In this document: one piece after another, positions 19,748-30,825 of the stretch
How positions within the stretch are numbered: position 1 is the first letter of the stretch
How the letters are laid out: each line of letters opens with the position of its first letter
DNA from: Patescibacteria group bacterium
GTDB taxonomy: Bacteria; Patescibacteriota; Microgenomatia; UBA10105; UBA927
Length of the DNA: 64,000 nt
Direction: 5' to 3'
Assembly: GCA_038062895.1 (NCBI GenBank)
Contig: JBBTWJ010000003.1
Coordinates: forward strand, 27,474-91,473
Notes under the pieces: model-generated
Databases searched by the model: none
What the model saw: the letters and a program-made list of their open reading frames with translations, nothing else
Told to the model about the DNA's origin: nothing
Position numbers and translations under genes: made by a program

Positions 19748-21322
19748 TCACCGCTTGGGATTAAATATACCATACTGCTCCGCCTGCAACCATTGATCAT
19801 CGGTAACGGAATTAAATTTCGATTTAAGCATAAATAAGCAAGATGGTCCGTCATTTTTTTCTAAACGGATATACTCCTTCAACAGATCAAAAGGAACAAC
19901 GGCAGGATCTAGGTCTCCTTTTGTACAATCGCCATAGTAAAACGTCGGTGTTGCATCGCGGAACATAATTTCTCTGGCTTCCCGGTACTGCGCCACGCCG
20001 GGCATGAGAGACGTATACCAGACGTACTGATATGGCGAAAACCTTTTTGCTTCCCAATAAATGAGGTCATCTAAACCATCAAGAAATACTGTATCGGCAG
20101 GAGTGGAGAGTACCCGCACCGCGCCTCCAAATGAATAATATAATGAATAATTTGTCGCAAACTCCGTTTGCCGATCAATTTTATCATGGAGATACGAGTC
20201 AGGCGACACGATGACCCATACCAAAAGAAAAGCCGCAACACCGGACAACGCCAATGCAATAAACTTGTGAGACCGATCCGACCAAACATCCTGAAGTAAC
20301 AAAAAAACGGTAAATATGAAAAGGCCGTACCATTGAATGTGGTGAAATCCACCGTAATAGATATCTCCAGGAAAATTCCATCGGATATTGGCAAGACCCA
20401 AAATCATCACAAGGACTCCCAACGCCACCACATTCTGTCGTATCCGCGTTCGCAATGCGACGAGAAGAAGAAACATGCTGCTTAATACCACTTCAATCCA
20501 ACGGAACATATTCCATTTTCCTTCAAAAAAAATGGAGATGGGGTAAAAAAATAATCGGGTGAGTCCCCAACTAAAGAGACCATTCGTCTGTACTTCCTGC
20601 GCTGCAATCGTCGTTTTATTTAACGTAACAACGTTAAAGTAATACGCGTTGAGATCTTGGCTGCCTAGGGTAATCAGAAATAATAGACCAAATATCGCAA
20701 GCGAACTAACTACCCATACTCTCATAGTGCGTAAGGAGTAGAGAATAATTCCATAAAGGAGGAGAGCCAGCGGGACGTAGGGCTCACGTAAAAATACGAT
20801 ACTCCAAGCGCATACAGCAGCAAGCAGGACCTCTGTGGGGTGTATGCCTCGCTTCTTCCATACATACCAGATAAGTCCGAATAGATAGATCGTCGGGTAG
20901 ACAATCAGCGCTTCCGGCAAAAACCGTTCGCCGAAAACAAATCCTTTCGTTGACTCAAATAAGAATGCGAAAGCAAGTCCCACTATCCCAAACCGCAGCA
21001 CAAGGAGAGCATCAGCGATCATGGAAAAATACACAATAAACATCCTATGCGCGGAGATCAATGCGTATGTATTTTCGGGTTGAGTGATGCGTTGAATCAA
21101 CGCACTCAAATATATAATCAGGGGCTGATGATTGAAAAAAACTTCTGTATAAAGATGCTTCCCCGCGTTGACAAAATACGCAGCCATATATACGGAACAG
21201 TCGTCAAAACAGCCAAACGATCCAATCCTGTCTCGGTAAACAGATCTTAAAAAAAACCAAAGAAGTAAAAGTGGTATGAGGAGCACGCACCTCATGAATA
21301 ATTGCTTTAATTTTTTATGCAT
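19748..21322 (-). CDS. Polytopic membrane protein of unknown function (probable GT-C-like).
   Basis: ORF track 19748..21367. Start refined to ATG MHKKLKQLFMRCVLLIPLLLLWFF, giving an 8-nt overlap with the upstream gene. Confidence 0.45.
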   Translation of the reverse strand: MHKKLKQLFMRCVLLIPLLLLWFFLRSVYRDRIGSFGCFDDCSVYMAAYFVNAGKHLYTEVFFNHQPLIIYLSALIQRITQPENTYALISAHRMFIVYFSMIADALLVLRFGIVGLAFAFLFESTKGFVFGERFLPEALIVYPTIYLFGLIWYVWKKRGIHPTEVLLAAVCAWSIVFLREPYVPLALLLYGIILYSLRTMRVWVVSSLAIFGLLFLITLGSQDLNAYYFNVVTLNKTTIAAQEVQTNGLFSWGLTRLFFYPISIFFEGKWNMFRWIEVVLSSMFLLLVALRTRIRQNVVALGVLVMILGLANIRWNFPGDIYYGGFHHIQWYGLFIFTVFLLLQDVWSDRSHKFIALALSGVAAFLLVWVIVSPDSYLHDKIDRQTEFATNYSLYYSFGGAVRVLSTPADTVFLDGLDDLIYWEAKRFSPYQYVWYTSLMPGVAQYREAREIMFRDATPTFYYGDCTKGDLDPAVVPFDLLKEYIRLEKNDGPSCLFMLKSKFNSVTDDQWLQAEQYGIFNPKR

Positions 21323-23756
21323 ATTTCTTGATGTACCACCAGGAAACAAAAAACACAATAACGCCAAGAGCAGTTCCCATCAATCCGAACCGAAAAGAAA
21401 TGGGCTCATAGGTCAGTATAACAGTATGTGACCCTGCTTCAACTGGCACTCCACGAAGCGCATAGTCCACGAGATAGACCTTCGCCAGTTTTCCGTCTAC
21501 GCGGGCGATCCACCCGGGAAAATAGGTATCGGAAAGCACCGCCATGCCCGGCGCTGGACTGGTTACGTCAAGCTCGATAAAAGTTGGTTCATACCGGCGG
21601 ATAGTAACTTTTTCTTCTGTTTTCCCAATAGTTGAACCAGTCGCTTCAGGCGCGTTTTCAACGATTGCCGTCGTTTGAAGATCAACGTGACTGTTCAAGA
21701 TTGCATCCACAATCAGCTGGGGATCTTTCTCAAATCGAATGTCCGCGGCAAACCATGCCCGAGGTAACGCCTTTTTGTATTCCCAGATACGCCACACGTC
21801 ATTTTCCCATGCGGGGACAAATAATTCCGAAGGGAACCGTACATCTGAAGATAGTGCCTGCTTTTGTTCTATACTCTTTAACTCTACGATATAGCGCACT
21901 CCTAAAAGCGACATAAGGCGTAAGCGCGATGTTGATTGATCCATGGGATCACGCTCGGTCATACCTTTAAGAATCGCATCCGTTCTATCAATTTGATTCG
22001 TCACCACTCCTCCGCTTTTGATTGTATGCAAAAGCTCTCCGTACTTCTGGGAAAACAGGGCGTCATACCCTTCGGGAGAAGATAGGCCATAGTAGGAAAG
22101 AATATTTGGGGTGAAAGACGCATCGCCATAGCCCCAAACACGGGAATAATCCCCAGATGTTAATTCCTTGAGTTTTACTATTACTGTCGTTTCGGGAAAC
22201 TCGAAACGCCGATCTGAAAAATATAGAAATTTATCTGCTGCATAAAGACTCCACGCGAGCGTTGCAACGAGAACAACAACATAGCAAAGTGACAAGCTAA
22301 AACGACCCATAAATACGACCCACGCAATTCCAAGGAATAAGGTCGGAAGAAAAAGGTTACGGAATGATATGGTCGCATATCTGTTAAAAAGTTCGAGATC
22401 AACGACCGAAAGAGTTGTATCGTGTGTTACTCTCCAGCGTGCAATCAACACAAACGCCCAAAGGGTGGTTAAAGCTATAAAAAATAGTAACAGTACGAAG
22501 CCTGCTCGTTTTTTTGATATTTTCCCTGCAATCCACTCTTCCATACCATACGCAGCTAACACACTTGCTCCAAATGCAAACAACACAAAAATACGAGCCG
22601 GAAGGGCCGCGGAAAGCACCGGAATGCGCAACATGTACCATACCCAGCTCGTGGGCAAAGCAAACCCAAGAGACAAAACTATAATCGTGAATATGATCCA
22701 AAACCGGATACGCGGGTTTTTCCAAGAACAAACCGCGAAGAGGGCGAATATGAAGGGAAATAACCCAATCCAAATTGCTTTCTCATGATAAAAAAGTTTC
22801 GGAAAAAAATAATTGTATGAACCGGGATTACCCCAAAAATCCGGCACAAGAAGCGTAATCAGATGCCGAAGCGGCACGAGGTAATCGTCGAATAAAAACG
22901 TCGCTACCACCGTTCCTCTCGGCGAAAAAAGGTATGCCTCCCATGCTGGTAGCCACTGTATTGCGGTTATGAGAACAGTAGTCAAAAATGCAAGCAAGAC
23001 CCATGGGAACACGTTGCGTGAACTTTTTTCTTGTTTCGTATCCCACCAACAATAGATATTCCAAAGCAACGCTACCCCAAAAAGATAGATGCTCATTTGT
23101 AAAAACCCCGCCAATATTGACATGCTAAGCGCCAACACCAACAATACCCATCCCCATACTTTCTGTTGTTTCCAAAGCAATGTGCTACCGTAAAGTGCCA
23201 ATGGGAGCCAAAGAATAGAATGAACAATAACGATAGACTCCTCCCACCACGCGATCATCCAGCCTGAAAATGCAAATGCGATGGCCCCAAAAAGACTAGC
23301 GCGCAGCGACAGTCTTTGAGACCTGATGAATAGAAACATGAACCATCCAACGAGTACCGGCTGGAGAAGTATAAGAATACTCCACGCATCCGCCTGCGGG
23401 AGAACGAAATAGAAAAAATTTAACGGATACCAAACTGCCGCTTGATATGTGGCCGCGTGGACATTTCCGGAAAATACATACGGATTCCACAGTGGAACTC
23501 TTCCTTGGTTCATCTCTCCAATTGTGAACTTCCGATACGGATAGAATAATTTAGGATTATCCGTTCCTATTGGCTTATTCGGCACTCCACGCTCATATCC
23601 CGACCACATTTCATGATTCCACGGGCTATATAATGCAGGAAGAAGATTAAACTGGATAGGTACGTAACCCAGGAATATATATAAACGGAATACAACGGCA
23701 GTAAGAAACACGAAAAAACCGATTACGAAACCATTGAAAGCAAGTGAACGCCGCAT
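21315..23756 (-). CDS. YfhO-family membrane protein (GT-C glycosyltransferase), paralog 1 of 3.
   Basis: VPLWNPYVFSGNVHAATYQAAVWYPLNFFYFVLP motif characteristic of the YfhO family. 813 aa, polytopic with a large C-terminal extracytoplasmic domain. Confidence 0.65.
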   Translation of the reverse strand: MRRSLAFNGFVIGFFVFLTAVVFRLYIFLGYVPIQFNLLPALYSPWNHEMWSGYERGVPNKPIGTDNPKLFYPYRKFTIGEMNQGRVPLWNPYVFSGNVHAATYQAAVWYPLNFFYFVLPQADAWSILILLQPVLVGWFMFLFIRSQRLSLRASLFGAIAFAFSGWMIAWWEESIVIVHSILWLPLALYGSTLLWKQQKVWGWVLLVLALSMSILAGFLQMSIYLFGVALLWNIYCWWDTKQEKSSRNVFPWVLLAFLTTVLITAIQWLPAWEAYLFSPRGTVVATFLFDDYLVPLRHLITLLVPDFWGNPGSYNYFFPKLFYHEKAIWIGLFPFIFALFAVCSWKNPRIRFWIIFTIIVLSLGFALPTSWVWYMLRIPVLSAALPARIFVLFAFGASVLAAYGMEEWIAGKISKKRAGFVLLLFFIALTTLWAFVLIARWRVTHDTTLSVVDLELFNRYATISFRNLFLPTLFLGIAWVVFMGRFSLSLCYVVVLVATLAWSLYAADKFLYFSDRRFEFPETTVIVKLKELTSGDYSRVWGYGDASFTPNILSYYGLSSPEGYDALFSQKYGELLHTIKSGGVVTNQIDRTDAILKGMTERDPMDQSTSRLRLMSLLGVRYIVELKSIEQKQALSSDVRFPSELFVPAWENDVWRIWEYKKALPRAWFAADIRFEKDPQLIVDAILNSHVDLQTTAIVENAPEATGSTIGKTEEKVTIRRYEPTFIELDVTSPAPGMAVLSDTYFPGWIARVDGKLAKVYLVDYALRGVPVEAGSHTVILTYEPISFRFGLMGTALGVIVFFVSWWYIKKYA

Positions 23757-23757
23757 A

Positions 23758-24642
23758 TCATGTGCGTAACTTTTTCTTTGCTATTACTACCATGTTATCA
23801 AAAGTAGGCAGATAGATGGGAAATTTTCCGATATTGAGAAGCTCAACCAAACGATATAGAAATTCTGCAAATACACTTTCTCCCCCCGTGCGGGCAAGAT
23901 GCAATACATACCGCAAACTCAACCATTTCCCAATTCTGGACCACATAACGGGTTCAAATCCCTTATCACGAAGAAGTCTCGTCATAGTATCCTTATTGAA
24001 ATAATAGAGGTGTTGCGGCGGATTATAAAAGGTCCAACGCCTACCAAGAATGCGCGCAAATAGACTGCTTGTATCACCGGTTGCTATGATCATGATTCCA
24101 TCGTCCTTCAACATCTTATTGAGTTTCACCAGATCGGCTCCCGGATCCGCAAGGTGCTCGAAGACGTCAAACATAGTAACCACATCATACGTCTCCGGCT
24201 TATCCCGGAGATCAGATATCTTTGCCTTCCGGATCAGGGTCTTACCAACAAGCTTTTTGGCTTTCATCACTGCATAATCAGACGGATCTACGCCATACGC
24301 CTGATATCCGTATTGTCTGGCAAGTTGGGTCGAAAACCCTAACGCGCACCCAATGTCCAGTAGTATTCCTGTCGGTTTATATCCCTGTATAAACGTAAGG
24401 AACTTGCGCATATTTCCGACAATATACGGTTTGTCATCTTCGTAATTGGCATACGCGATCCGCGAACGATCACCGGTAAAATATCCTTTTTGGTAATAAT
24501 GTTTTACAAATGAAGCGTAATTATCCTGTAGATCCGTGCGTATGAGACCGCAAGTTGGACATTTTTCCAACGTAAATCCATTTTTGACAAGAAAGGGCTG
24601 AAAATTACTACTGCAAATCGTGCACTTGATAAAGTGTGCCAT
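23758..24642 (-). CDS. Class I SAM-dependent methyltransferase with an N-terminal CxxC...CxxC zinc ribbon.
   Basis: CTICSS...CPTCG followed by the LLDIGCALGFST glycine-rich SAM motif and DVVTMFDVFEHL. Start refined to MAHFIKCTIC (track 24678). Confidence 0.7.
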   Translation of the reverse strand: MAHFIKCTICSSNFQPFLVKNGFTLEKCPTCGLIRTDLQDNYASFVKHYYQKGYFTGDRSRIAYANYEDDKPYIVGNMRKFLTFIQGYKPTGILLDIGCALGFSTQLARQYGYQAYGVDPSDYAVMKAKKLVGKTLIRKAKISDLRDKPETYDVVTMFDVFEHLADPGADLVKLNKMLKDDGIMIIATGDTSSLFARILGRRWTFYNPPQHLYYFNKDTMTRLLRDKGFEPVMWSRIGKWLSLRYVLHLARTGGESVFAEFLYRLVELLNIGKFPIYLPTFDNMVVIAKKKLRT

Positions 24643-26614
24643 AGGTATTTGTATATAAAAAACGCAGCCACGGCTCACTCACAAACCACGGTTGCGCTCC
24701 CTTCGGGGCTACAATGAAGTCCATACTATACTTCTCTTGTAGTGTTTGCAACGCTTTACGCGACTCTGCACGTTTCTCTTCTTCCGATAATCGACTATTG
24801 AAACCCAAAAGAAATGCGTTCAATAATGCAATTCTCGGATTGACCCACTCATCATAAGGGAACTGCACCACTTCGTTACCTAAAAATGTCCGTTTTCCGC
24901 TCAACGCCGGCATAGTCGGCCCAGTACGATAAACCCAACCACGTATATGCTCTTCCGAATAGCCATCTACGACAGGCATCACGAGTACCGTATCCCCGGG
25001 ATTCCCTACCCGCCTAAGTACCCGGTAAAAAGCTATTTCATCATGGGATAGTGCAGTCGACCTCTCGGTAAAACTCACAAACTTTTCCGTTGCCGAAGGA
25101 ATAGTAGCCACAATCATAATGATAGAAAGAATTACCCTCCATAATGGGGTGGCTTTATCAAGCAATAACGACCATCCCCACCCGGCGAGGATCCCCATAA
25201 ATACAAGGAAATACCAAAAAAATTGGATCATATTGAATGCACCGATGGGCTGAAGAAAAAACATAGGGAGAGTAAACGACACCAAGCTTCCAATGATCAA
25301 AAATGAAACGATGACTGAAACTTTCTTCTGCTTCATCCTCAATAAACCAATAAGCCCCACAAATCTTGTACCGAGATTGCCGAATATAAAAATAACCAGC
25401 GCGACAATCTCGAGCTTTACCAGGCCGCGCGTGGCTCTCATTTGCTCTAGGGTCTGGCGCTTGAGTTCCCACTGGGTAAAATCCAATACTCCCTGCATCA
25501 CCCGATGGGGCGGCCATAATGGTTGATAACGCAGAAATCCATATGAAGCGTTTAAAGGCAGAAACGTACCGGCCGCAACAACCCCTGCCACTACCACTAT
25601 GACGATACTTGCCCAATCTCTTCTGGTAACCAACCGGAGCAAAACAAACCATCCGATAATTGGTAAAAGAATCATTCCCGCATACACCTTCATTCCCACT
25701 GCCAGACCCGCAAAAACTCCTATCAGTGCCCCAAATATCCAAGAAGGGCGCTTGTCATACGCATCAAGAAATAACCATGTGTAAATAATAGAAAGAAGAG
25801 ATAGCGCGAAGGACGGGCTTACCAAGAGCGAAAACGGCTGCGTGATGCCAAAGGCGTCATCCAAACTTGCGGATCGACCAAAAAAAACCGGCAACACGAA
25901 TGCAAAACTGCCTCCTGCTAAAGCAAAAAACGTAGCCCAAATGCTGTGGCGCCGGAATCCGGTGAGCTTTAGAGCTAACGCGTATATCCCATACACTAAT
26001 AGGAAGGACATGACGACCGGAAAAAAATGAAAATGAAGACTGATGGTCGGCAATCCGGACAGTCGGGCAAAATCAGCAACCAGAAGATTGTACAGCAAGT
26101 GATACCCTTTCAGGAGCACGCCTGCGATTGCCGGGTGCTCGGGCGGAAAAGAATGAACAAGCTCCTCAATAAGCGCAAGATTCCAAATCCCATCTACACT
26201 GTTTACACCACGTAATTCCAACCCACCGTTAGTGAACCAACCGCTACTAACAACGGAAAATGAAAAAAGTAAAACCAAGGGAATCAAAAACCAGTGAGGT
26301 CCGGCCCAATCCTTGCAAATAAATTTCCAATTTTTACAAAAATATATACCGCCGATTGATGCAATTATTATAATAATGGGTAGTACGACCCATCGAACAT
26401 GAAGCAGTGATGCTGCATAGGAAATACATATAAATACCGAAATACCAATCCATAAAGCTGTTACCACTCTCATCCAGCCCGTAAACGATCGCTTGGTGAT
26501 GGCCACAATGGCTTCTCCCGGCAGATACAAAAAAATGAATCCTACAAAAATATACGAGATCAATAAACGTAAAAAAGAAGCTATTTCCATGGATTTATCG
26601 CAAACGGAGATCAC
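24608..26614 (-). CDS. Large polytopic membrane protein, probable GT-C-type glycosyl/arabinosyltransferase-like (unassigned).
   Basis: 668 aa with ~14 TM segments and a C-terminal soluble domain. Embedded in the coupled glycosylation operon. Confidence 0.4.
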   Translation of the reverse strand: MISVCDKSMEIASFLRLLISYIFVGFIFLYLPGEAIVAITKRSFTGWMRVVTALWIGISVFICISYAASLLHVRWVVLPIIIIIASIGGIYFCKNWKFICKDWAGPHWFLIPLVLLFSFSVVSSGWFTNGGLELRGVNSVDGIWNLALIEELVHSFPPEHPAIAGVLLKGYHLLYNLLVADFARLSGLPTISLHFHFFPVVMSFLLVYGIYALALKLTGFRRHSIWATFFALAGGSFAFVLPVFFGRSASLDDAFGITQPFSLLVSPSFALSLLSIIYTWLFLDAYDKRPSWIFGALIGVFAGLAVGMKVYAGMILLPIIGWFVLLRLVTRRDWASIVIVVVAGVVAAGTFLPLNASYGFLRYQPLWPPHRVMQGVLDFTQWELKRQTLEQMRATRGLVKLEIVALVIFIFGNLGTRFVGLIGLLRMKQKKVSVIVSFLIIGSLVSFTLPMFFLQPIGAFNMIQFFWYFLVFMGILAGWGWSLLLDKATPLWRVILSIIMIVATIPSATEKFVSFTERSTALSHDEIAFYRVLRRVGNPGDTVLVMPVVDGYSEEHIRGWVYRTGPTMPALSGKRTFLGNEVVQFPYDEWVNPRIALLNAFLLGFNSRLSEEEKRAESRKALQTLQEKYSMDFIVAPKGAQPWFVSEPWLRFLYTNTYGTLYQVHDLQ

Positions 26615-27497
26615 CGTCTTTAAGCTTCCAATAGTGATACGACTGAATACGTGATGAGATAGCCTTCGGCGTACAAAGCAATGCCCATGTGTATCCGATG
26701 AGCATAGCCAAGTCGCCGCGGATAATCGCTTGAGTAAGCCTTATGGGTGTCCAGATTGCATGTGCCAATAAAATATTTAAGTCTGATAGGTTCTTCCAAA
26801 TAAAAAGAAATTGATTTCGATAAACAACTATCTTCACCTGAAACTCGGAGTATTCCCGTTTAATGACTCCTGTCTCATGCTCATGGGCAACCACTGATTT
26901 AGGCTCAAACTCTAATCCATATCCTGCCTTTAACGCCCGGTAGCTTAAATCAATATCTTCCCAATAAAACGGATCATATATCGTATCCATACCGCCGAGT
27001 TTCTCCCAGATTGCCTTCCGAAAGGCTCCACTTCCGCCCGCGACCCAAGCAGTTGACGGCCTATCCACTTCGCCGCGCCAATGCACAAAAAATCCGCGTT
27101 TCCAAGCAGCTTCTCCTCTTCCCCGCAGTACCGTAGCGTTTCCTTCAGCACTTTTCTCCAAACAACCCACGGCGAATACTGCAGGATCATCAAAACGCTT
27201 TACTAATGGATCAAGAAATGCTTTTTCGGGTCGTACGTCGCTATTGAGAAGCACCACGACATCGCCTTGTGAGGCCTTCACACCCGCGTTCACCGTGCTG
27301 GCATACCCATCATGATGCGATTTAGGCACGACACGGACAGAGGAAAACGTATTACTAAGAAGATTCAACGAATCATCCGTCGAAGCGTCGTCAACCACAA
27401 TTATTTCCGCACCTTTTGCTGCAACAATTACAGACGGCAGATTTTTCCTAAGCAATGCTGCCCCGTTTCTATTGGGAATAATAATGCTAATCTTCAT
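26595..27497 (-). CDS. GT2 family glycosyltransferase (WbbL/rhamnosyltransferase-like).
   Basis: MKISIIIPNRNG...EIIVVDDASTDDS and DxD-type motifs. ATGA overlap with the upstream YfhO gene. Confidence 0.7.
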   Translation of the reverse strand: MKISIIIPNRNGAALLRKNLPSVIVAAKGAEIIVVDDASTDDSLNLLSNTFSSVRVVPKSHHDGYASTVNAGVKASQGDVVVLLNSDVRPEKAFLDPLVKRFDDPAVFAVGCLEKSAEGNATVLRGRGEAAWKRGFFVHWRGEVDRPSTAWVAGGSGAFRKAIWEKLGGMDTIYDPFYWEDIDLSYRALKAGYGLEFEPKSVVAHEHETGVIKREYSEFQVKIVVYRNQFLFIWKNLSDLNILLAHAIWTPIRLTQAIIRGDLAMLIGYTWALLCTPKAISSRIQSYHYWKLKDGDLRLR

Positions 27498-29779
27498 AAT
27501 GAATACGAAAACACTATGGTATGTGTGCCCGATGGCACTACGATGCCCTGAAAGGCATAATTTGTCCGATATATCTCGGTCGTTTTTCCGTCAATGGTCG
27601 CACGCCAACCAGGGTGATACACATTAGTCACGACCACGAGTCGTGGAACTGAAAGCGTTGTGTTGATTTCTAACCGATTAGGATCATAGTTTTCCAAAGA
27701 TACGGATTCATCGCTTCTCATGGGAACTGAAAGAATCGATATATTTCCTTCTACAATTGCTTCGCGACGATAATCTTTTATGGCATACAATGCTTGCATC
27801 GTTTCCTCTTTTCCGGAAGCCCCGATGGGGCGCTCTACCACATAAACGCGAGGGAGTACCCGGCTATCTTCATAAACCCGCGTCTCACCCTCAAGAAATA
27901 CTTTTTGAAGATACGGCTGGGTTAGATCAGTAAGCGATGCCACATATCGTACGTTAAGCATGGGTAGTAGTGGAGACTCAAGTGATTCAAGAGTAATAAT
28001 TCTATTAAACCCAAAAGGCGCCGTGATATCCGGTTTCCCCCGCGCAACTGCAGCCATAAGCTCCTCGTATCGGGATGAAATGATCGGATCATACCCCTCA
28101 ATGGATTCTATTCCGAAATAACTTGCCGTGTTGGGCGGTAGTATTCGTTTATCGACACTCATTATTCGAAACGGGCGTGGCTGTTGTTTTAGAAATGATA
28201 GAACCTTCGTTTCAGGAAAAAAGTAATCTCTGGGTGTAAATGGCGTAAACTTCCAACCAAACCGAAGCAAGTCTACCGCAACCAACGCAACGAAACTCCA
28301 TGTTACTATGTTGCCAAACATGGCAACATGACGCATCCGCTGATACATAATAAGGAAAGTCGTGGAGGCAATAAATAAAACGGTTGGTAATACGAGATTG
28401 CGTGTGCTTACTTCAAAAGACCACACGAGAGAAACTCCCCAAAGAATAGCCAGTACGATGCCGATTAATGTCAGACTAACCACCACACGATATTTCTTCG
28501 AATTCTCAAGAAACTCTTGACATCCGTACGCGGTAAGTATGGCAAGAGCGAAATCTACAATAAAGAGAAGTCTCGTTGGTTGGAGTGAGGAGAATATGGG
28601 GACTTTCAGAATAAACGGTAAAACTGAAATAGGTGTTGGAAGAGCAAAAAGTAAAGCTACGGCACCTATCCCAACCCAAAATAGACGCGCTTTATTACGC
28701 ACGGATAGAATAGCAACAAGGGCAAATACCAAAGGGAGAACACCGACGTAGCCTACAAATTCACCATAATTCCACTGTCCCCAATAATTAAGCGTCGTCG
28801 GGTTACCAAAAAAGTCAGGTGCCACAAACTGGACAAGGTGAGCCCATGGAATAAACCACCCTTCCTTATTCCAGTCTGACCCATCAACGATACGGCCACT
28901 CTCCCTGATCCAGTCAAGCAAGGGTATCCATTGAACGGTCGTGATGAGTGCGGCTAAGCCGAATAAAAACATGAACACAAACGCTGACTTTTTTTGTTCT
29001 TTTGCTTGAAGGATCCGCATCGCGCAGTAGGCAATGACCACTAGAGTAAAATAGAGCGAAATCTGCGCGTGACCGGCAAAGAATTGAAACGTCATCGAAA
29101 TGATAAATAGAACCGACCAGGCAATTTTTACCATCGATTCCGGACAATTGCGAGACTTCTTTAATTCCGGGAATCGACCATTCGTAAGTTTGTTAACAGA
29201 AAGAAGCGTAAGCGGGAGCCAGAGTGCCACGTGTCCTATCGTCCCCCACGTAAGCCATGCCATATTAAATCCCGAAAAACTCCACGCAATTGCTCCCAGA
29301 AGCCCCGCAATCGGCCCCAATCTCAATGACCGAAGATACAAGTACATAAAAATTCCTGCAAGGAGCGTTTGGGAGATAATGAGCATAGTCCACGCATCAA
29401 TAAACGGAAATATCAGAAACAGAATATTGAAGGGATACAATGAGGCAGCCTGTATATTGGCGAGAATGGGGAATCCTGAAAAATTATACGGATTCCATAG
29501 AGGAATTTTACCTTGCTTCCATTGGTCCGTAACAATTTTTCTCCAGGGAATCTGTTGACGTACGGGGTCAGTGACAAGAAAATTTTTAAATGGGATACCC
29601 CGGGGATATTGTCTATTATAAAAATCTCTCCAAGGATGATAAAGCCCCACGAGCGCATCAGAGGGTACTGGTAGTTTCCCCCGGAAAATTGTCGGAGAAA
29701 AAAACGCAGCCACAACGACTAAAAAAGTCACGACCGCCCAAATATCATGAGAGAAAACACGCAACGATTTATGAATCAT
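27494..29779 (-). CDS. YfhO-family membrane protein, paralog 2.
   Basis: IPLWNPYNFSGFPILANIQAASLYPFNILFLIFPFIDAW motif. 761 aa. Confidence 0.65.
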   Translation of the reverse strand: MIHKSLRVFSHDIWAVVTFLVVVAAFFSPTIFRGKLPVPSDALVGLYHPWRDFYNRQYPRGIPFKNFLVTDPVRQQIPWRKIVTDQWKQGKIPLWNPYNFSGFPILANIQAASLYPFNILFLIFPFIDAWTMLIISQTLLAGIFMYLYLRSLRLGPIAGLLGAIAWSFSGFNMAWLTWGTIGHVALWLPLTLLSVNKLTNGRFPELKKSRNCPESMVKIAWSVLFIISMTFQFFAGHAQISLYFTLVVIAYCAMRILQAKEQKKSAFVFMFLFGLAALITTVQWIPLLDWIRESGRIVDGSDWNKEGWFIPWAHLVQFVAPDFFGNPTTLNYWGQWNYGEFVGYVGVLPLVFALVAILSVRNKARLFWVGIGAVALLFALPTPISVLPFILKVPIFSSLQPTRLLFIVDFALAILTAYGCQEFLENSKKYRVVVSLTLIGIVLAILWGVSLVWSFEVSTRNLVLPTVLFIASTTFLIMYQRMRHVAMFGNIVTWSFVALVAVDLLRFGWKFTPFTPRDYFFPETKVLSFLKQQPRPFRIMSVDKRILPPNTASYFGIESIEGYDPIISSRYEELMAAVARGKPDITAPFGFNRIITLESLESPLLPMLNVRYVASLTDLTQPYLQKVFLEGETRVYEDSRVLPRVYVVERPIGASGKEETMQALYAIKDYRREAIVEGNISILSVPMRSDESVSLENYDPNRLEINTTLSVPRLVVVTNVYHPGWRATIDGKTTEIYRTNYAFQGIVVPSGTHTIVFSYSL

Positions 29780-30825
29780 AGAGCTATCTTTGTGAGTAAC
29801 GCATCAAATGCATCACAAAATCTGTTCACGGAGAACTGTTTGCTTTTTTCAATGGCATTCTTCCGCAAATCCATTGCACCATCTTTATTCATGATAACGT
29901 CATTGGTTTTCCCGAGAAGCTCATCAACGGTTCTCCAAAGAAATCCATTTTTACCATCGTCGACCACTTCCGGTTGACCCCCACCCGCAAATACGACAGG
30001 CACTGCCCCCGCGGACATAGCCTCAACCGTGGTTATTCCGAAATGCTCCATCCACCGCGGATCCGTCTCCCCATATCCGGCCGCGTGCCAATACACCGAC
30101 GCCCGGCAGTAGTAGTCCGTAAGCTGATCATGAGAAATATTTGGCTCAATACATATGGGTAATCCCTTCGTCTTTTTTTTCAACGCATCAACGTAATCCT
30201 GATCTCCCGGCAGAAAACCTCCGGCGAGTACAAGTCTCCAACCATTCCATTTTGTATTTTTAAATCCTTTTGCAAACGCTTCGATAAGCACGTGCTGCTT
30301 CTTGGTAGTATGAAATTCTGAAAATCGTCCTATCGAAAGAATGAGGTTTTCCTTCTTCCGGCCGTCAGCCTCGACAGGACAAACCGGTGGATAGATAACG
30401 ATGGCACGCTGACTCACCCGGGCATCAAGCGCGCGCTTCGTAAAATCAGAATTACACACCACGGCTTGATACCGCCAAAGTTTTATTGGTGAATAGGAAA
30501 CCTTCGGAAACGGGACCTGGTAGTGAAGAATATTTAATGTGGCAAGCGAAGACGGAATGCTCCCATCGCTTAAAACAAAGATTAGATCGTATTGTCGGGA
30601 TAATAGTAATTTTTTGAATACATTAGATGCTCTAAATATATTTCGAGTAACTTTTATCCTCGATAGATCTATATCGAGCCGTCCTTGAGCTTCATTAAGG
30701 ATATTTTTATTATCCCAAAAAACAGAAACAGTATGTGCCTTGGACCAATGGGATGCAAGAGTAAGCGTATACCGCTCGCCTCCTCCTTGGGTGTCCATGT
30801 AGGGATTATAAATTCCGATTTTCAT
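29776..30825 (-). CDS. GT4 family (GT-B fold) glycosyltransferase.
   Basis: C-terminal EHFGITTVEAMSAGAVPVV (the GT4 E-x7-E-type motif). Start refined to MKIGIYNPYMDTQGGGE (track 30891), which gives an ATGA overlap with the YfhO gene at 30822. Confidence 0.7.
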   Translation of the reverse strand: MKIGIYNPYMDTQGGGERYTLTLASHWSKAHTVSVFWDNKNILNEAQGRLDIDLSRIKVTRNIFRASNVFKKLLLSRQYDLIFVLSDGSIPSSLATLNILHYQVPFPKVSYSPIKLWRYQAVVCNSDFTKRALDARVSQRAIVIYPPVCPVEADGRKKENLILSIGRFSEFHTTKKQHVLIEAFAKGFKNTKWNGWRLVLAGGFLPGDQDYVDALKKKTKGLPICIEPNISHDQLTDYYCRASVYWHAAGYGETDPRWMEHFGITTVEAMSAGAVPVVFAGGGQPEVVDDGKNGFLWRTVDELLGKTNDVIMNKDGAMDLRKNAIEKSKQFSVNRFCDAFDALLTKIAL

